From Nitrospirota bacterium (lineage in GTDB: Bacteria > Nitrospirota > UBA9217), in contig JAOUEV010000043.1 of the NCBI GenBank assembly GCA_029858565.1, positions 1 to 31,483 on the forward strand: a DNA stretch of 31,483 nucleotides, in the 5' to 3' direction. Position 1 is the stretch's first letter, and every line of letters begins with the position of its first letter. A model generated the notes under the pieces. That model saw only the letters and a list, made by a program, of their open reading frames with translations. It searched no databases and had not been told where the DNA came from. The position numbers and the translations under genes were made by a program. Below, in pieces: positions 16,001-24,368 of the stretch.

Positions 16001-18239
16001 GCCCTACGGTTTCCTCCGGAACGCGCCGCTCACCGGCGGCGACGGCGACGAGTCCGCAGGCCCCGAGGCGGTCACCTCCAAGGTGCGCAAGGACTTCAAT
16101 CCCGTCGCCTATTTCAATCCTTCTGTCAGGACCGATGGGAACGGCAAAGCAACGGTCACCTTTACCTTTCCGGACACCATGACGACCTACCGGATCTACG
16201 CCGTGGCCTGCGACACCGGCGCCCGGTTCGGCACGTACCAGCGGCCGGCGCTTGTGGTGAAGGATTTCTACATGGAGCCGGGGGTGCCCGCGTTCCTTAC
16301 CCGCGGCGACCGCTTCCGGTTCTCCGTATCCGCCTTCAACAAGACGGACTCCGGCGGCACGGTTGATTTCTCCGCCAGCGCCGACGACCTGCTGTCCCTG
16401 GCGGTGGGAGGCAAGAGCTTCTCCCTTGCGGCATTCGACCGGACGCTGATCCCCGTGGACGGCACGGTCAAACAAGCCGGGACCACGACAATGCGGTTCT
16501 CGGGCAGGTTCCGGTCGCTCGACGACACGGTGGAAATGAAGCTGCCGGTGAACTCGGGCCATGTGCTGGGGCAGGACCTGGTATTCGGCAATTTCCGCAA
16601 GGTGGGCGAGATCAAGTACACTCTTCCGAAGGCGGTGAAGGAGCTGCGCTGGGAGGATACGGGACCGGGAGAAGTGAAGGCGATCCTGACCATTTCCGGT
16701 TCACCGTTCCTGCGCATGTCCCAGGGGCTGCGCTATTTCCTCCGCTATCCCTACGGATGCGTGGAACAGACGAGTTCCGGAGTGCTGCCGCTCGCGGCGC
16801 TTCGCGATGTGATCCAGAAAGGCCTGATCCCCGATATCACCATGGCGGAGACGGACAAGTTCATCAAACCGGGCATCGAACGCCTGTTCTCCATGCAGAC
16901 ATCCGACGGCGGCTTCGGCTACTGGCCCGGAGACCGCACGACCCACAAGTGGGGCTCCATTTACGCGCTCACCGCCCTGACCCGGGCGGGGGTGGCGGGA
17001 TACGAGCTTCCGAAGGACCGTATGGCCAGGGCGCTCGCGAACCTGCATGAGCAGATCAAGGGCAGCGGAAAGGATGAGTACGTCTATCGGGCTTTCGGCG
17101 CCTATATCCTGGCGCTCAACAAGGCGCTCGACCGGGAAAGCTTCAATAAAGCCCATGAACGGATCGACAGCCAGCCCCGGGAAGCGGTCATGCTCGTGCT
17201 GCTGTCGGCCAGGATCTCCCGCATGCTGCCCGATGAACAGATCAAGTCGAGGCTGCGCGGCGTGCTCGAACGTCCCTGGAGCCTCGAGCGGTTCACTGAC
17301 GAGTTCTACGCGCGGTATCGCGAGCCCGCGGTTTCGCTGTTGGCCGCCGCGGCGATCTTCCCGAACGAGGAGATCACCCACCGCCTTGCCGGCAAGCTGA
17401 TCGCCGCCATGGGGCCGGAAGGGATCTGGACCTCCACCAGCGACACGAGCTGGTCCCTGATCGCGCTTTCCGAGTACTTCAGCAGCGGCAAGACCGATTC
17501 GAAGCCCGCGACCGTGACCGTGAGGATGGCGGGCAAGACCGTGGACACCTTTACCCTCGATCCGGCAGGCTACCGGACCGTGGCGCTCGATCCCCGGGAG
17601 TTCCTGAGGAATCCTTCGGTATCGATCGCCTCGGGCTCCGACCAGACGATCCTGTACAAGCTCAGCCTCACGTTCCCGCGCACCGATTACGCCAAGAGCG
17701 GATATTCCAACGGATTCGAGGTCCACAAGACGATCAAGAACACCGACGGCACGAACGTGATCAAGGTCGGCGATATCGTTGAAGTGAAGGTCAAGATCAA
17801 CATCAAGAACCGCGCGCCGAACTATGTCGTGCTCGACGATCCGCTCCCCGCGGGATTCGTCGCCATCAACAGCGCCATCAAGACCGAGGAAGCAGGCATT
17901 GCGCTGAAGAAGATGAAACGGATGATGCAGCAGAACGACGAGGAGGGGGAGGAGGAAGAATCGGACGGAGAGTTCGGCGAAGGGTTCGGCTGGTCGGACT
18001 ACTACTGGGACCCCTACGGGTTCTACCGGTTCGCGCCGAACTTCATGGAGATGCGGAACGATCGTGTTGTCGCCTTCCGCAACCGCGCCTGGAACGGCGT
18101 GTATGAATATTCCTACTTCGCCCGGGCGGTCTGCGAAGGCGAATTCCTGATGCCCTCGACGAAAGTGCAGCTTATGTACGACCCCGACGTGGTGGCCTAT
18201 ACGCCGCAGGGCAAAGTGGTAATCGTGAAAAACAAATAA
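13029..18239 (+). CDS. bacterial alpha-2-macroglobulin (copy 1; signal peptide, thioester motif)
   Basis: FTERGIYRPGETV, AVVDESIL, VRKDF...FPDTMTTYRI, YPYGCVEQ (Cys codon 16758), DGGFGYW, DPLPAGF and MYDP. ATG 13029 follows GGGAGG. Confidence 0.95.
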   Translation: MGLRTRWSCSRYSVLAVIVIAMLLAGVSVAAAQGGIFQKMGEAVSSVYNTATGAKFTISKVEPNTADRQVSIYFTDACRMDDLRRNVKFIPPVPVEWHSSSLAGSGNILLLRGQFQPGQRYTIVIPPNFTSANGRAYEKGAAGFTMPDRTPDISYLDQGNVIERNSRQMLHVQIMNTEAVLVKAIQVPPILIPRAEQQLQHIRNNPRQLKLFQTVQEDLIQTAARLAKALGKDGSFNDILGDVSNDEQVFFTQNEARNIYHQFSIPLAFRKNKEQGAINLIRVANRRTEQDAQTHTGLYRITDLGLTYKVTDNELLIWATSLYSGKPAGDVSLYAFTTGGEVVSLGKTDARGLFIVQNMLMKKHASLIPASEGVLTAKQLPLSAITMVAAVASNDRTFVNILPNGTVKPDGINQVRNAGTVEGMLKGHVFTERGIYRPGETVYFKGTVREYLEGKIAPPKSSNVTLTITNSKNEEIYSKELPLSEFGTVNDQYGLKTYFPLGAYTLTMDYGDNESDKVSRTFEVQEFRQPRHFVEITYKRETGKDEGYVNLDVKKEALNCMIAGKYYAGGPVKHGKVRWSIYHTRSDYPRQDHPGYSFGHPLDSRTDLIESGESILDEKGQIAVPVPVGRDILSGKYGIEVTASVVDFDGRASSDSSVYQGDPEYLVGISNHPPTVQAGENQTLSAVVIDRKGGKLSRGNVLVQVMERGYTYIQKRNAEGYLYHEQQQVWRSQLSAELPIKDDRAVFDFDFTRGGEYLISFTYRDDKGREYTSATRYSLAGYYYDYEYENQRREQPKNYGRLGLYPEKPLYSSGETMKLFLNPSREVSTCLVTVEQGGLVEYLTVELKPGQQSIELPVKNHYSPNVYVSVLATVPRSDFPVYTAQFDKEAPTFLVGTVNVEVKGERQKIKIAVNEEQKKLKALPGGQMTLNIATTDQDGKGILSEVALAVVDESILSMTGYETPTLDALAKFLLPLGVFTGDLRLDLLKQTPYGFLRNAPLTGGDGDESAGPEAVTSKVRKDFNPVAYFNPSVRTDGNGKATVTFTFPDTMTTYRIYAVACDTGARFGTYQRPALVVKDFYMEPGVPAFLTRGDRFRFSVSAFNKTDSGGTVDFSASADDLLSLAVGGKSFSLAAFDRTLIPVDGTVKQAGTTTMRFSGRFRSLDDTVEMKLPVNSGHVLGQDLVFGNFRKVGEIKYTLPKAVKELRWEDTGPGEVKAILTISGSPFLRMSQGLRYFLRYPYGCVEQTSSGVLPLAALRDVIQKGLIPDITMAETDKFIKPGIERLFSMQTSDGGFGYWPGDRTTHKWGSIYALTALTRAGVAGYELPKDRMARALANLHEQIKGSGKDEYVYRAFGAYILALNKALDRESFNKAHERIDSQPREAVMLVLLSARISRMLPDEQIKSRLRGVLERPWSLERFTDEFYARYREPAVSLLAAAAIFPNEEITHRLAGKLIAAMGPEGIWTSTSDTSWSLIALSEYFSSGKTDSKPATVTVRMAGKTVDTFTLDPAGYRTVALDPREFLRNPSVSIASGSDQTILYKLSLTFPRTDYAKSGYSNGFEVHKTIKNTDGTNVIKVGDIVEVKVKINIKNRAPNYVVLDDPLPAGFVAINSAIKTEEAGIALKKMKRMMQQNDEEGEEEESDGEFGEGFGWSDYYWDPYGFYRFAPNFMEMRNDRVVAFRNRAWNGVYEYSYFARAVCEGEFLMPSTKVQLMYDPDVVAYTPQGKVVIVKNK

Positions 18240-18292
18240 CGGAACATTCGACGTGCATTGAGGATGCTGATCCTATTTCCCAGGAGGAAACG

Positions 18293-19522
18293 ATGAGAAA
18301 GATTCTATTTCTGTTCGTGGCGGTGTGCGTAGTGGTGACTGCCGGGACCGCTTTTGGCGGGGACTGGAACCTTGCGAAGAACGTGAAACGGTTGGAGTGG
18401 GTTGCCGCGGATTACAAGGAGGACAAGGAGATCGACAAAAAATTCCTGGAAGTCCTCGCTATGACCGAGAAAACCAAGAAGCCTCACGAGGTCTATGAAG
18501 AGGCGAAGCGGATCGCCGCGATCCCCGCTCTGAACCAGAGCAAGTACATGGATTCATTTTTGTACTACCTCTTCATCAACTCCTTTTCCTTTTCGAAGAC
18601 CGGCATGGCGGAGCCGGACTATTGGCTCGGCCTGCTCAAGACCTACGACAAGAGTCCGCACATGCTGCCGGCGTTGCTCGTCCGTTTGCGGGCGCTGCCG
18701 AAGAATTCCCCGGAGATCCGGCGGGACGCGCAGCTGATCGTGGACTGGGTCAAGGCGCAGAAGCCGGACCTGAAGGTTCGGGCCCCGGAATACGTCGGCA
18801 ACATCCTGTTGGGCTACAAGCCTCGGTCCAACTTCGCAGAAGGGGCGCCGCTCAAACTCTACCATCTTTCGTACTACATGGAGACAGTCACGCCTGCGGA
18901 GGGATTCGGTGAAACGGATACCTATGTGCATTTGCTCTCGTTGATCAGCGAAGGGCGGGAAGACGCTTTCGCGGAAATGGCGTCCCTCTATCGCAAAATG
19001 GGGAAACGGAAGGAAGCTTCCGATGCCTTGTACCGGCAGGCGATGCTGAAGGTCGTGGGAAAGGACCTTGCCCAGGCGAAGACTCTCCTCGACGACGCGG
19101 TAAAGCTGAACCCGGAAAACACCTTGGCGGTAAAAGAGCGCGACCGCATCAAGCTTGAACTCACCTATCAGTCGCTCGCTCCTGCCGCGCCAGCGGCCGC
19201 TCCGGCGTCCGCGCCGCAGGAAAAGACCGGGGATGCTCCGGCCATCCCGGAGCATTTGCACAAGGTCGAGAGTTATCTGACGCCGGCTGACCGGGTTATT
19301 ACCGCAGCTGAGATGGCGGGATGGAGCAAAGCGGAACTGCGCGTGATGCGGAACGAGGTTTTCGCGCGCCATGGACGGATATTTCAGTCTCCGGACCTGC
19401 AGGACTATTTCTCCAAAAAAGCATGGTATCGTCAGAACGCGAGCTACTCCGATAACCTGCTGAGCGATGTGGACAAGGAGAACGTGAGGATCATCCAGGA
19501 GCACGAGGATAAGGCGAAATAG
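18293..19522 (+). CDS. secreted TPR-like protein with C-terminal YARHG domain
   Basis: Signal peptide, helical/TPR-like middle, Ala/Pro linker and ELRVMRNEVFARHGRIF...YFSKKAWY; RBS AGGAGG. Confidence 0.85.
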   Translation: MRKILFLFVAVCVVVTAGTAFGGDWNLAKNVKRLEWVAADYKEDKEIDKKFLEVLAMTEKTKKPHEVYEEAKRIAAIPALNQSKYMDSFLYYLFINSFSFSKTGMAEPDYWLGLLKTYDKSPHMLPALLVRLRALPKNSPEIRRDAQLIVDWVKAQKPDLKVRAPEYVGNILLGYKPRSNFAEGAPLKLYHLSYYMETVTPAEGFGETDTYVHLLSLISEGREDAFAEMASLYRKMGKRKEASDALYRQAMLKVVGKDLAQAKTLLDDAVKLNPENTLAVKERDRIKLELTYQSLAPAAPAAAPASAPQEKTGDAPAIPEHLHKVESYLTPADRVITAAEMAGWSKAELRVMRNEVFARHGRIFQSPDLQDYFSKKAWYRQNASYSDNLLSDVDKENVRIIQEHEDKAK

Positions 19523-19535
19523 AAAGGTATTCTGC

Positions 19536-19564
19536 GAGGACGGCCGGAACGGGCCGTCCTCTTT
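19536..19564 (+). terminator. intra-operon hairpin (weak terminator or RNA stability element)
   Basis: GAGGACGGCC-GGAACG-GGCCGTCCTC forms a perfect 10-bp stem followed by only TTT. Confidence 0.5.
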
Positions 19565-19581
19565 CGACCGGGAGGGGAGAG

Positions 19582-21753
19582 GTGAGCGAACAATCCAAGC
19601 AGGTGAAAAGGTTGTCCGTCGCACGGGCGCTGATAGTATTGGTTGGCCTGATTGGTTTATTGCAGCTATCGTTCTGGTCGGACCAAAAATCCTTCGAAGT
19701 CGAAGGACCGTCGCGGATCGTCAAGGGGCCGCAAAATACGATCTATATCCAGATCGATCGTAAGATCGCGAAGGTGTCGCAGGAGGGGGAAGTCCTGCAG
19801 GTGCTGGACCTCGATGCCGATGCCGCGATCCCGGAGCCTATTGCCGATTTCTTCGTGGAAGACGACGGCCGGTTCCTGATCGCGCGACGGGATTCTCAAT
19901 TGCTGCAGTACTATTCTCCTGAGGGGAAATTAATCAAGACTCACAGCAGGATTCCCTCCGAGCTTGTGGATGGCAATCATTTCTGCAAATTCTCGAAGGA
20001 TGCGGTAACAGGCATCATCTATTTCGCCGACACGTCTCATCACCGTATCCAGATATACGGCCCTGATGAGAAGGAAATCAGCACGATTACCGTGCCGTCC
20101 GGAGCATTTGTCGCTCCACGGGCCGTGACTGAGCCAGCCGACGGCGAAGACGATCAAGGAGAAATCGTTACGCCTGACACGCCGCTCCGCTATCCCAACG
20201 GCCTGTTGTTTGAGGGGGACCGGCTCATTGCAGCCGACACGGGCAATGCCCGTCTGGTCGTATTTTATCCCAATGGATTGCTTGATAAAGTGATACCCCT
20301 CTTTGATGGTAAATCTGTTGCATACAACAACCCTCTGAAAGTCGCTCGATATGGCGATAACCTTTACGCGATCGTGCGCGGGCCGAATTTTCTCGGCGGT
20401 GAAGTAGCAGCCTTTGATCTTGTCAGCGGTCAGCAGAGACCGTTTCAATATCAGAAATCTCTCGATCCTTGGGATGTGTTTGCGACAGCCGGTGAAGTAC
20501 TCGTTGCTGACCGGGAATCGCTCAGCGTTCTGCGATATGCCACGGCAGGTGAATTTCTCGGAGTGTTTGGACAACCGAGCCTGCAGAATCTGTATGCCGA
20601 TAGACAGATTGCCAGAAAGACCTATCAATGGCTCAGAATCGGATCGCTTGCTGGAATGATCATGCTGCTGCTGTCTTTGCTCTTTGCGTCGCGAAAGCAG
20701 CGAATTGAGCATGAGGCCGCTGGGACGAGGTTGCACCAACCGGTTCAGATCCTTCAGCGGCTGCTGGGGCCGATAGGGAGTGTGAGGAGGAATATTCTTC
20801 TTCTTATCATTCCCGGCATAGGCCAGGCAGCTGCCGGGAGACTTCTGCGGGCTTGCACTGCATTTGCCTTTCTCCTGTTCTTTGCATCTCTTGTCGTATT
20901 TTCCTGGATCCAGTATCGAGAAATAGCAGCTGTACAATTGCCCTTGCACATCACCGTGGTGCTGCTGTTCTATACGGTCTGGATGGCAGTTGCGCTCGAT
21001 GGTATCAGGCTGAGCGGCAGACAGCCAGAAATGTTCAGAAACCTGAAACTTTCCAGAATAGCACTGTCTCTTACTGCGCCCCTGATTACGGTATTTACTG
21101 CAGTTTTTGCTCAATTTGCCAGGGAAATGGCAGTGCGTGCTGATCCTGATTTATCCCTGACCATCCAGATGGCGTTCAGATCGCTTATGGCTATTGCCGG
21201 AGGAGCAACTTCTCAGTTCTCTTCAACCATCCCTGCTGCCGTGGTGTTTGGTTGGAGCGGTGCAGCCGCAGGTATGTTTTTCGCAATTGCCTGGCAGGCA
21301 AAACTGGGAAAGAGAAGGATGGTAACCGGGCTTATTGCGGGCACATTTGCCGGAATAGGTAGCTGGATTGTAACCGCCGCGCTTTTGAGGAACAGATTGG
21401 GCTGGATGTTCTACATTCAGCCGATGCAGGGCGCCTTGCTCGGTTTGCTCGCTTACTTGTATTTCCGGAACACCGGCATGCCGGTTCTCGTTGTCCTGAC
21501 GGCTATAGCGGGCGCATGGATTGGCGATTTCATCAGGATGATACTGGATGCGGTATTGGGGGCGCCTCTTAGGAGCTTAACCTTTATTTCTGCAGATTCT
21601 TATTGGCCAGGAGTAAGTGCCAGGCTGGGCTTTATTGTACTCCCTGTATTCTTCATCCATTTGGCGATCTGGCTGGCATGGAATGCGGCTGCTGATAGGC
21701 CTGTTGGAAGCGTGGATCAGCCGATGTCTGAGAACCGCGCAGTTGAGGCATGA
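19582..21753 (+). CDS. NHL/beta-propeller domain fused to a polytopic membrane domain
   Basis: IYFADTSHHRIQIY, YPNG...ADTGNARLVVF and VLVADRE repeats, then about 10 hydrophobic segments including IIPGIGQ. GTG start with a strong RBS. Confidence 0.75.
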   Translation: MSEQSKQVKRLSVARALIVLVGLIGLLQLSFWSDQKSFEVEGPSRIVKGPQNTIYIQIDRKIAKVSQEGEVLQVLDLDADAAIPEPIADFFVEDDGRFLIARRDSQLLQYYSPEGKLIKTHSRIPSELVDGNHFCKFSKDAVTGIIYFADTSHHRIQIYGPDEKEISTITVPSGAFVAPRAVTEPADGEDDQGEIVTPDTPLRYPNGLLFEGDRLIAADTGNARLVVFYPNGLLDKVIPLFDGKSVAYNNPLKVARYGDNLYAIVRGPNFLGGEVAAFDLVSGQQRPFQYQKSLDPWDVFATAGEVLVADRESLSVLRYATAGEFLGVFGQPSLQNLYADRQIARKTYQWLRIGSLAGMIMLLLSLLFASRKQRIEHEAAGTRLHQPVQILQRLLGPIGSVRRNILLLIIPGIGQAAAGRLLRACTAFAFLLFFASLVVFSWIQYREIAAVQLPLHITVVLLFYTVWMAVALDGIRLSGRQPEMFRNLKLSRIALSLTAPLITVFTAVFAQFAREMAVRADPDLSLTIQMAFRSLMAIAGGATSQFSSTIPAAVVFGWSGAAAGMFFAIAWQAKLGKRRMVTGLIAGTFAGIGSWIVTAALLRNRLGWMFYIQPMQGALLGLLAYLYFRNTGMPVLVVLTAIAGAWIGDFIRMILDAVLGAPLRSLTFISADSYWPGVSARLGFIVLPVFFIHLAIWLAWNAAADRPVGSVDQPMSENRAVEA

Positions 21754-21759
21754 GGAAAC

Positions 21760-24339
21760 ATGAAGCTTAGACGAAGGAAAACAATCCTGATCATCCTGCC
21801 GGCCCTTGTTCTGGCAGCCGGGATTGCAGCAGGCCTTTTTTTCTACCGTGCTGTTGCTTTTGATCCCTCCGGATTGGCCACCACTATATCAGGCGGGACG
21901 ATCTTCACCGACCGTTACGGCCGCGAGCTGAGATTCATTCCCAATATGCAGGGAGAACGGCTGCGGTGGGCGGCGCTGACGGAGATTCCGGAAGCCGTGC
22001 GGAACGCTTTCATCGCTGCGGAAGATGAACGGTTCTACCAGCATCACGGGTTCGACGGGATAGCGATTCTCCGCGCCGCGTGGAGCAACCTCACGAAAGG
22101 AAAAATCGTATCCGGCGCGTCAACGATCTCGCAGCAGGTGGTACGCCTTGTATACGGCGAGTATGGAGCGCGGAGCTCGGAGTTCGGACCACCCCTCACC
22201 CAACCCTCTCCCCTGAGGGGAGAGGATAAAGGTGAGGGGTCTTTGGGCAGCTTGAAGCGGGCGAGGAGGACTTACAAGGACAAGCTGATCGAGATCGTTC
22301 GCAGCGTGAAGATGGAGCGGATGTTCTCCAAAGACCAGATTCTCGAACAGTACCTGAACAGGGCGCCGATGGGGAACAACCTCGTGGGCGTTGAGGCCGC
22401 GGCGCGGGCCTATTTCGGCGCGTCGGTGAAGAACCTTTCTGCATCGGAAGCTGCGCTCCTGGCGTCGCTGCCGAAGGCGCCGGGTATGTTGAATCCTTAC
22501 GGAAGCGGATTCGAGCGGCTTGTTGAACGCCGGGACTGGGTGCTTGGCCGCATGGAAAAGCTCGGCATGCTTACCCCGGACCAGGTTGCGGTAGCGCGGG
22601 AAACACAGCCCAGGCTGAAAAAGCTGGCGTTCCGGTCTTTTGCGCCCCATATCGTCGATATGCTTCGGCAGCAAAATGCCGACAAAGGGATTCTTCGGAC
22701 TACGCTGGACCTCGATCTCCAGGTGCGGTTGCAGGAGATCCTGGCATCCCATGCCGAGCGCCTGAAATACCGCGGGGCAACTCAGGCAGCGGCCATCGTG
22801 ATCCACAATCCCACCATGGAGGTCCTGGCAGCGGTTGGTTCGCTGGAATATTCCGAAAAGAACGGCGGCTACAACAACGGGTTCCTGGCGGAGCGTTCGG
22901 CAGGCTCTACCCTGAAGCCCTTCCTGTACGCCCTTGCGATCGAATCAGGCGATACGGTCTCGACGCTGCTGGAGGACACGGAGCGGGTCTATCGGTCCCG
23001 GGAAGGGCAGTATTCGCCGCTTAACTTCGATCGCAAGGAATACGGTCCGGTCAAAATGCGCGCGGCCCTGGGCAGCTCGCTGAACCTGTCCGCGGTCAAG
23101 ATGCTCCAGCGGGTCGGGGAAGATCGTTTCTATGAGATGCTGGCCGGTCTGGAGCTAATCAACCACCCGGAGCGAGGGCCGGAGCACTACGGATTGGGTA
23201 TGGCCATCGGAAACCCGGAGATCAGTCCGGAACAGCTGGCAACGGCCTATGCAATGCTGGCGAACTACGGCGTCTATCGGCCGGCGAAGTATGTGATGAA
23301 TGCTGTTTCCCCTCACCCCTCACGCCTGACGCCTCACGACAAGCGTTATGTCCTTCTTCCCCAGACCGCCTACATCGTCACTGACATGCTTTCCGATTCA
23401 ACAGCCAGGATGCTCACCTTCAGCCGGAGCAGGACGATGATGGACCTGCCGTTCCGCGCGGCGATCAAGACCGGCACGAGCACCTTTTTCCGCGATCTCT
23501 GGGCCGTCGGGTACACGCCCGACTATACGGTTGCCGTCTGGGTCGGGAACTTCGACGGATCGCCGACAAAGAACTTGAGCGGCTCATCAGCTGCAGCGCC
23601 CTTGTTCGCGGATATCATCGGCTATCTTCATCGCCGGTCCGCTCCCGTTGATTTCCATGAGCCACGGGGGATCAGGCGCGTCCAGGTCTGCGGCTATTCA
23701 GGCATGAAGCCCACGGCCTATTGCACACACAAGGTGGTCGAGACATTCATCGTCGGTTCCGAGCCAACAGGGACCTGCACTTTCCACACCTACAACGGAG
23801 CACGGCATGAACTTTCAGCATCCTTTGCAGGATGGCTCTATCAAAAGAGCAGGACGGGATCTGAGGGAAGGTTCCGGCTTTCGGGTTTCAACGACGATCT
23901 TGGAACGGTCTTTGACGATCCAGGCGACAGTGAAGCGCTTGAGCGGGCGCCCGGCGTCAGGTCGAAAAGCGCAAGAGAACCTGAACGGAAAGCTTCAAAG
24001 TCCGAGCAGGCAACAACAAGTCCCCGTCACTATACTATTGCTGCTGCGTCGTTGACATCCTCCGGGCCGGCTGTTCCCGGGGAAGGGGATATCCGGATAC
24101 TCTATCCGCTCGATCGCGATCGGTTCGTCGTTACGCGCCCGGACCGCGGCCGGACCATAAAGCTCCAGGCTGCTGTGAACGAGCCGGTTCCTTATGTTGA
24201 GTGGTTCGTGAACGGGAGGTTCTATAAACGGACCGGGCCTCCGTACCAGGCGCTCTGGTCCCTGGAACAAGGGCGGTACAGGATCACCGCGGTCACGCCA
24301 AGGAACATCGGGGATACGGTGCAGGTGACGGTGGAGTGA
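21760..24339 (+). CDS. pbpC: penicillin-binding protein 1C
   Basis: Transglycosylase EDERFYQHHG, GASTISQQ and ILEQYLN; transpeptidase STLK, SLN and KTG; C-terminal Ig-like WFVNG domain; lies next to alpha-2-macroglobulin. Confidence 0.92.
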   Translation: MKLRRRKTILIILPALVLAAGIAAGLFFYRAVAFDPSGLATTISGGTIFTDRYGRELRFIPNMQGERLRWAALTEIPEAVRNAFIAAEDERFYQHHGFDGIAILRAAWSNLTKGKIVSGASTISQQVVRLVYGEYGARSSEFGPPLTQPSPLRGEDKGEGSLGSLKRARRTYKDKLIEIVRSVKMERMFSKDQILEQYLNRAPMGNNLVGVEAAARAYFGASVKNLSASEAALLASLPKAPGMLNPYGSGFERLVERRDWVLGRMEKLGMLTPDQVAVARETQPRLKKLAFRSFAPHIVDMLRQQNADKGILRTTLDLDLQVRLQEILASHAERLKYRGATQAAAIVIHNPTMEVLAAVGSLEYSEKNGGYNNGFLAERSAGSTLKPFLYALAIESGDTVSTLLEDTERVYRSREGQYSPLNFDRKEYGPVKMRAALGSSLNLSAVKMLQRVGEDRFYEMLAGLELINHPERGPEHYGLGMAIGNPEISPEQLATAYAMLANYGVYRPAKYVMNAVSPHPSRLTPHDKRYVLLPQTAYIVTDMLSDSTARMLTFSRSRTMMDLPFRAAIKTGTSTFFRDLWAVGYTPDYTVAVWVGNFDGSPTKNLSGSSAAAPLFADIIGYLHRRSAPVDFHEPRGIRRVQVCGYSGMKPTAYCTHKVVETFIVGSEPTGTCTFHTYNGARHELSASFAGWLYQKSRTGSEGRFRLSGFNDDLGTVFDDPGDSEALERAPGVRSKSAREPERKASKSEQATTSPRHYTIAAASLTSSGPAVPGEGDIRILYPLDRDRFVVTRPDRGRTIKLQAAVNEPVPYVEWFVNGRFYKRTGPPYQALWSLEQGRYRITAVTPRNIGDTVQVTVE
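22158..22240. repeat. in-frame insertion in pbpC: heptamer tandem plus 50-bp nested palindrome
   Basis: CGAGTAT-GGAGCGC-GGAGCTC-GGAGTTC, then ACCCCTCACC-CAAC-CCTCTCCCCT-G-AGGGGAGAGG-ATAAA-GGTGAGGGGT. Confidence 0.85.
23311..23338. repeat. heptamer tandem inside pbpC
   Basis: CCTCACC-CCTCACG-CCTGACG-CCTCACG, read as PHPSRLTPH. Confidence 0.8.
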
Positions 24340-24368
24340 GAGAGTCAAGTTGACGGGGAGGGTGTGCG

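Noticed and set aside
13065-16562. 1165-aa minus-strand ORF (also 25788-28493, 8681-10147 and many similar)
   Set aside because: These are antisense shadows of GC-rich genes and show no recognisable motifs.
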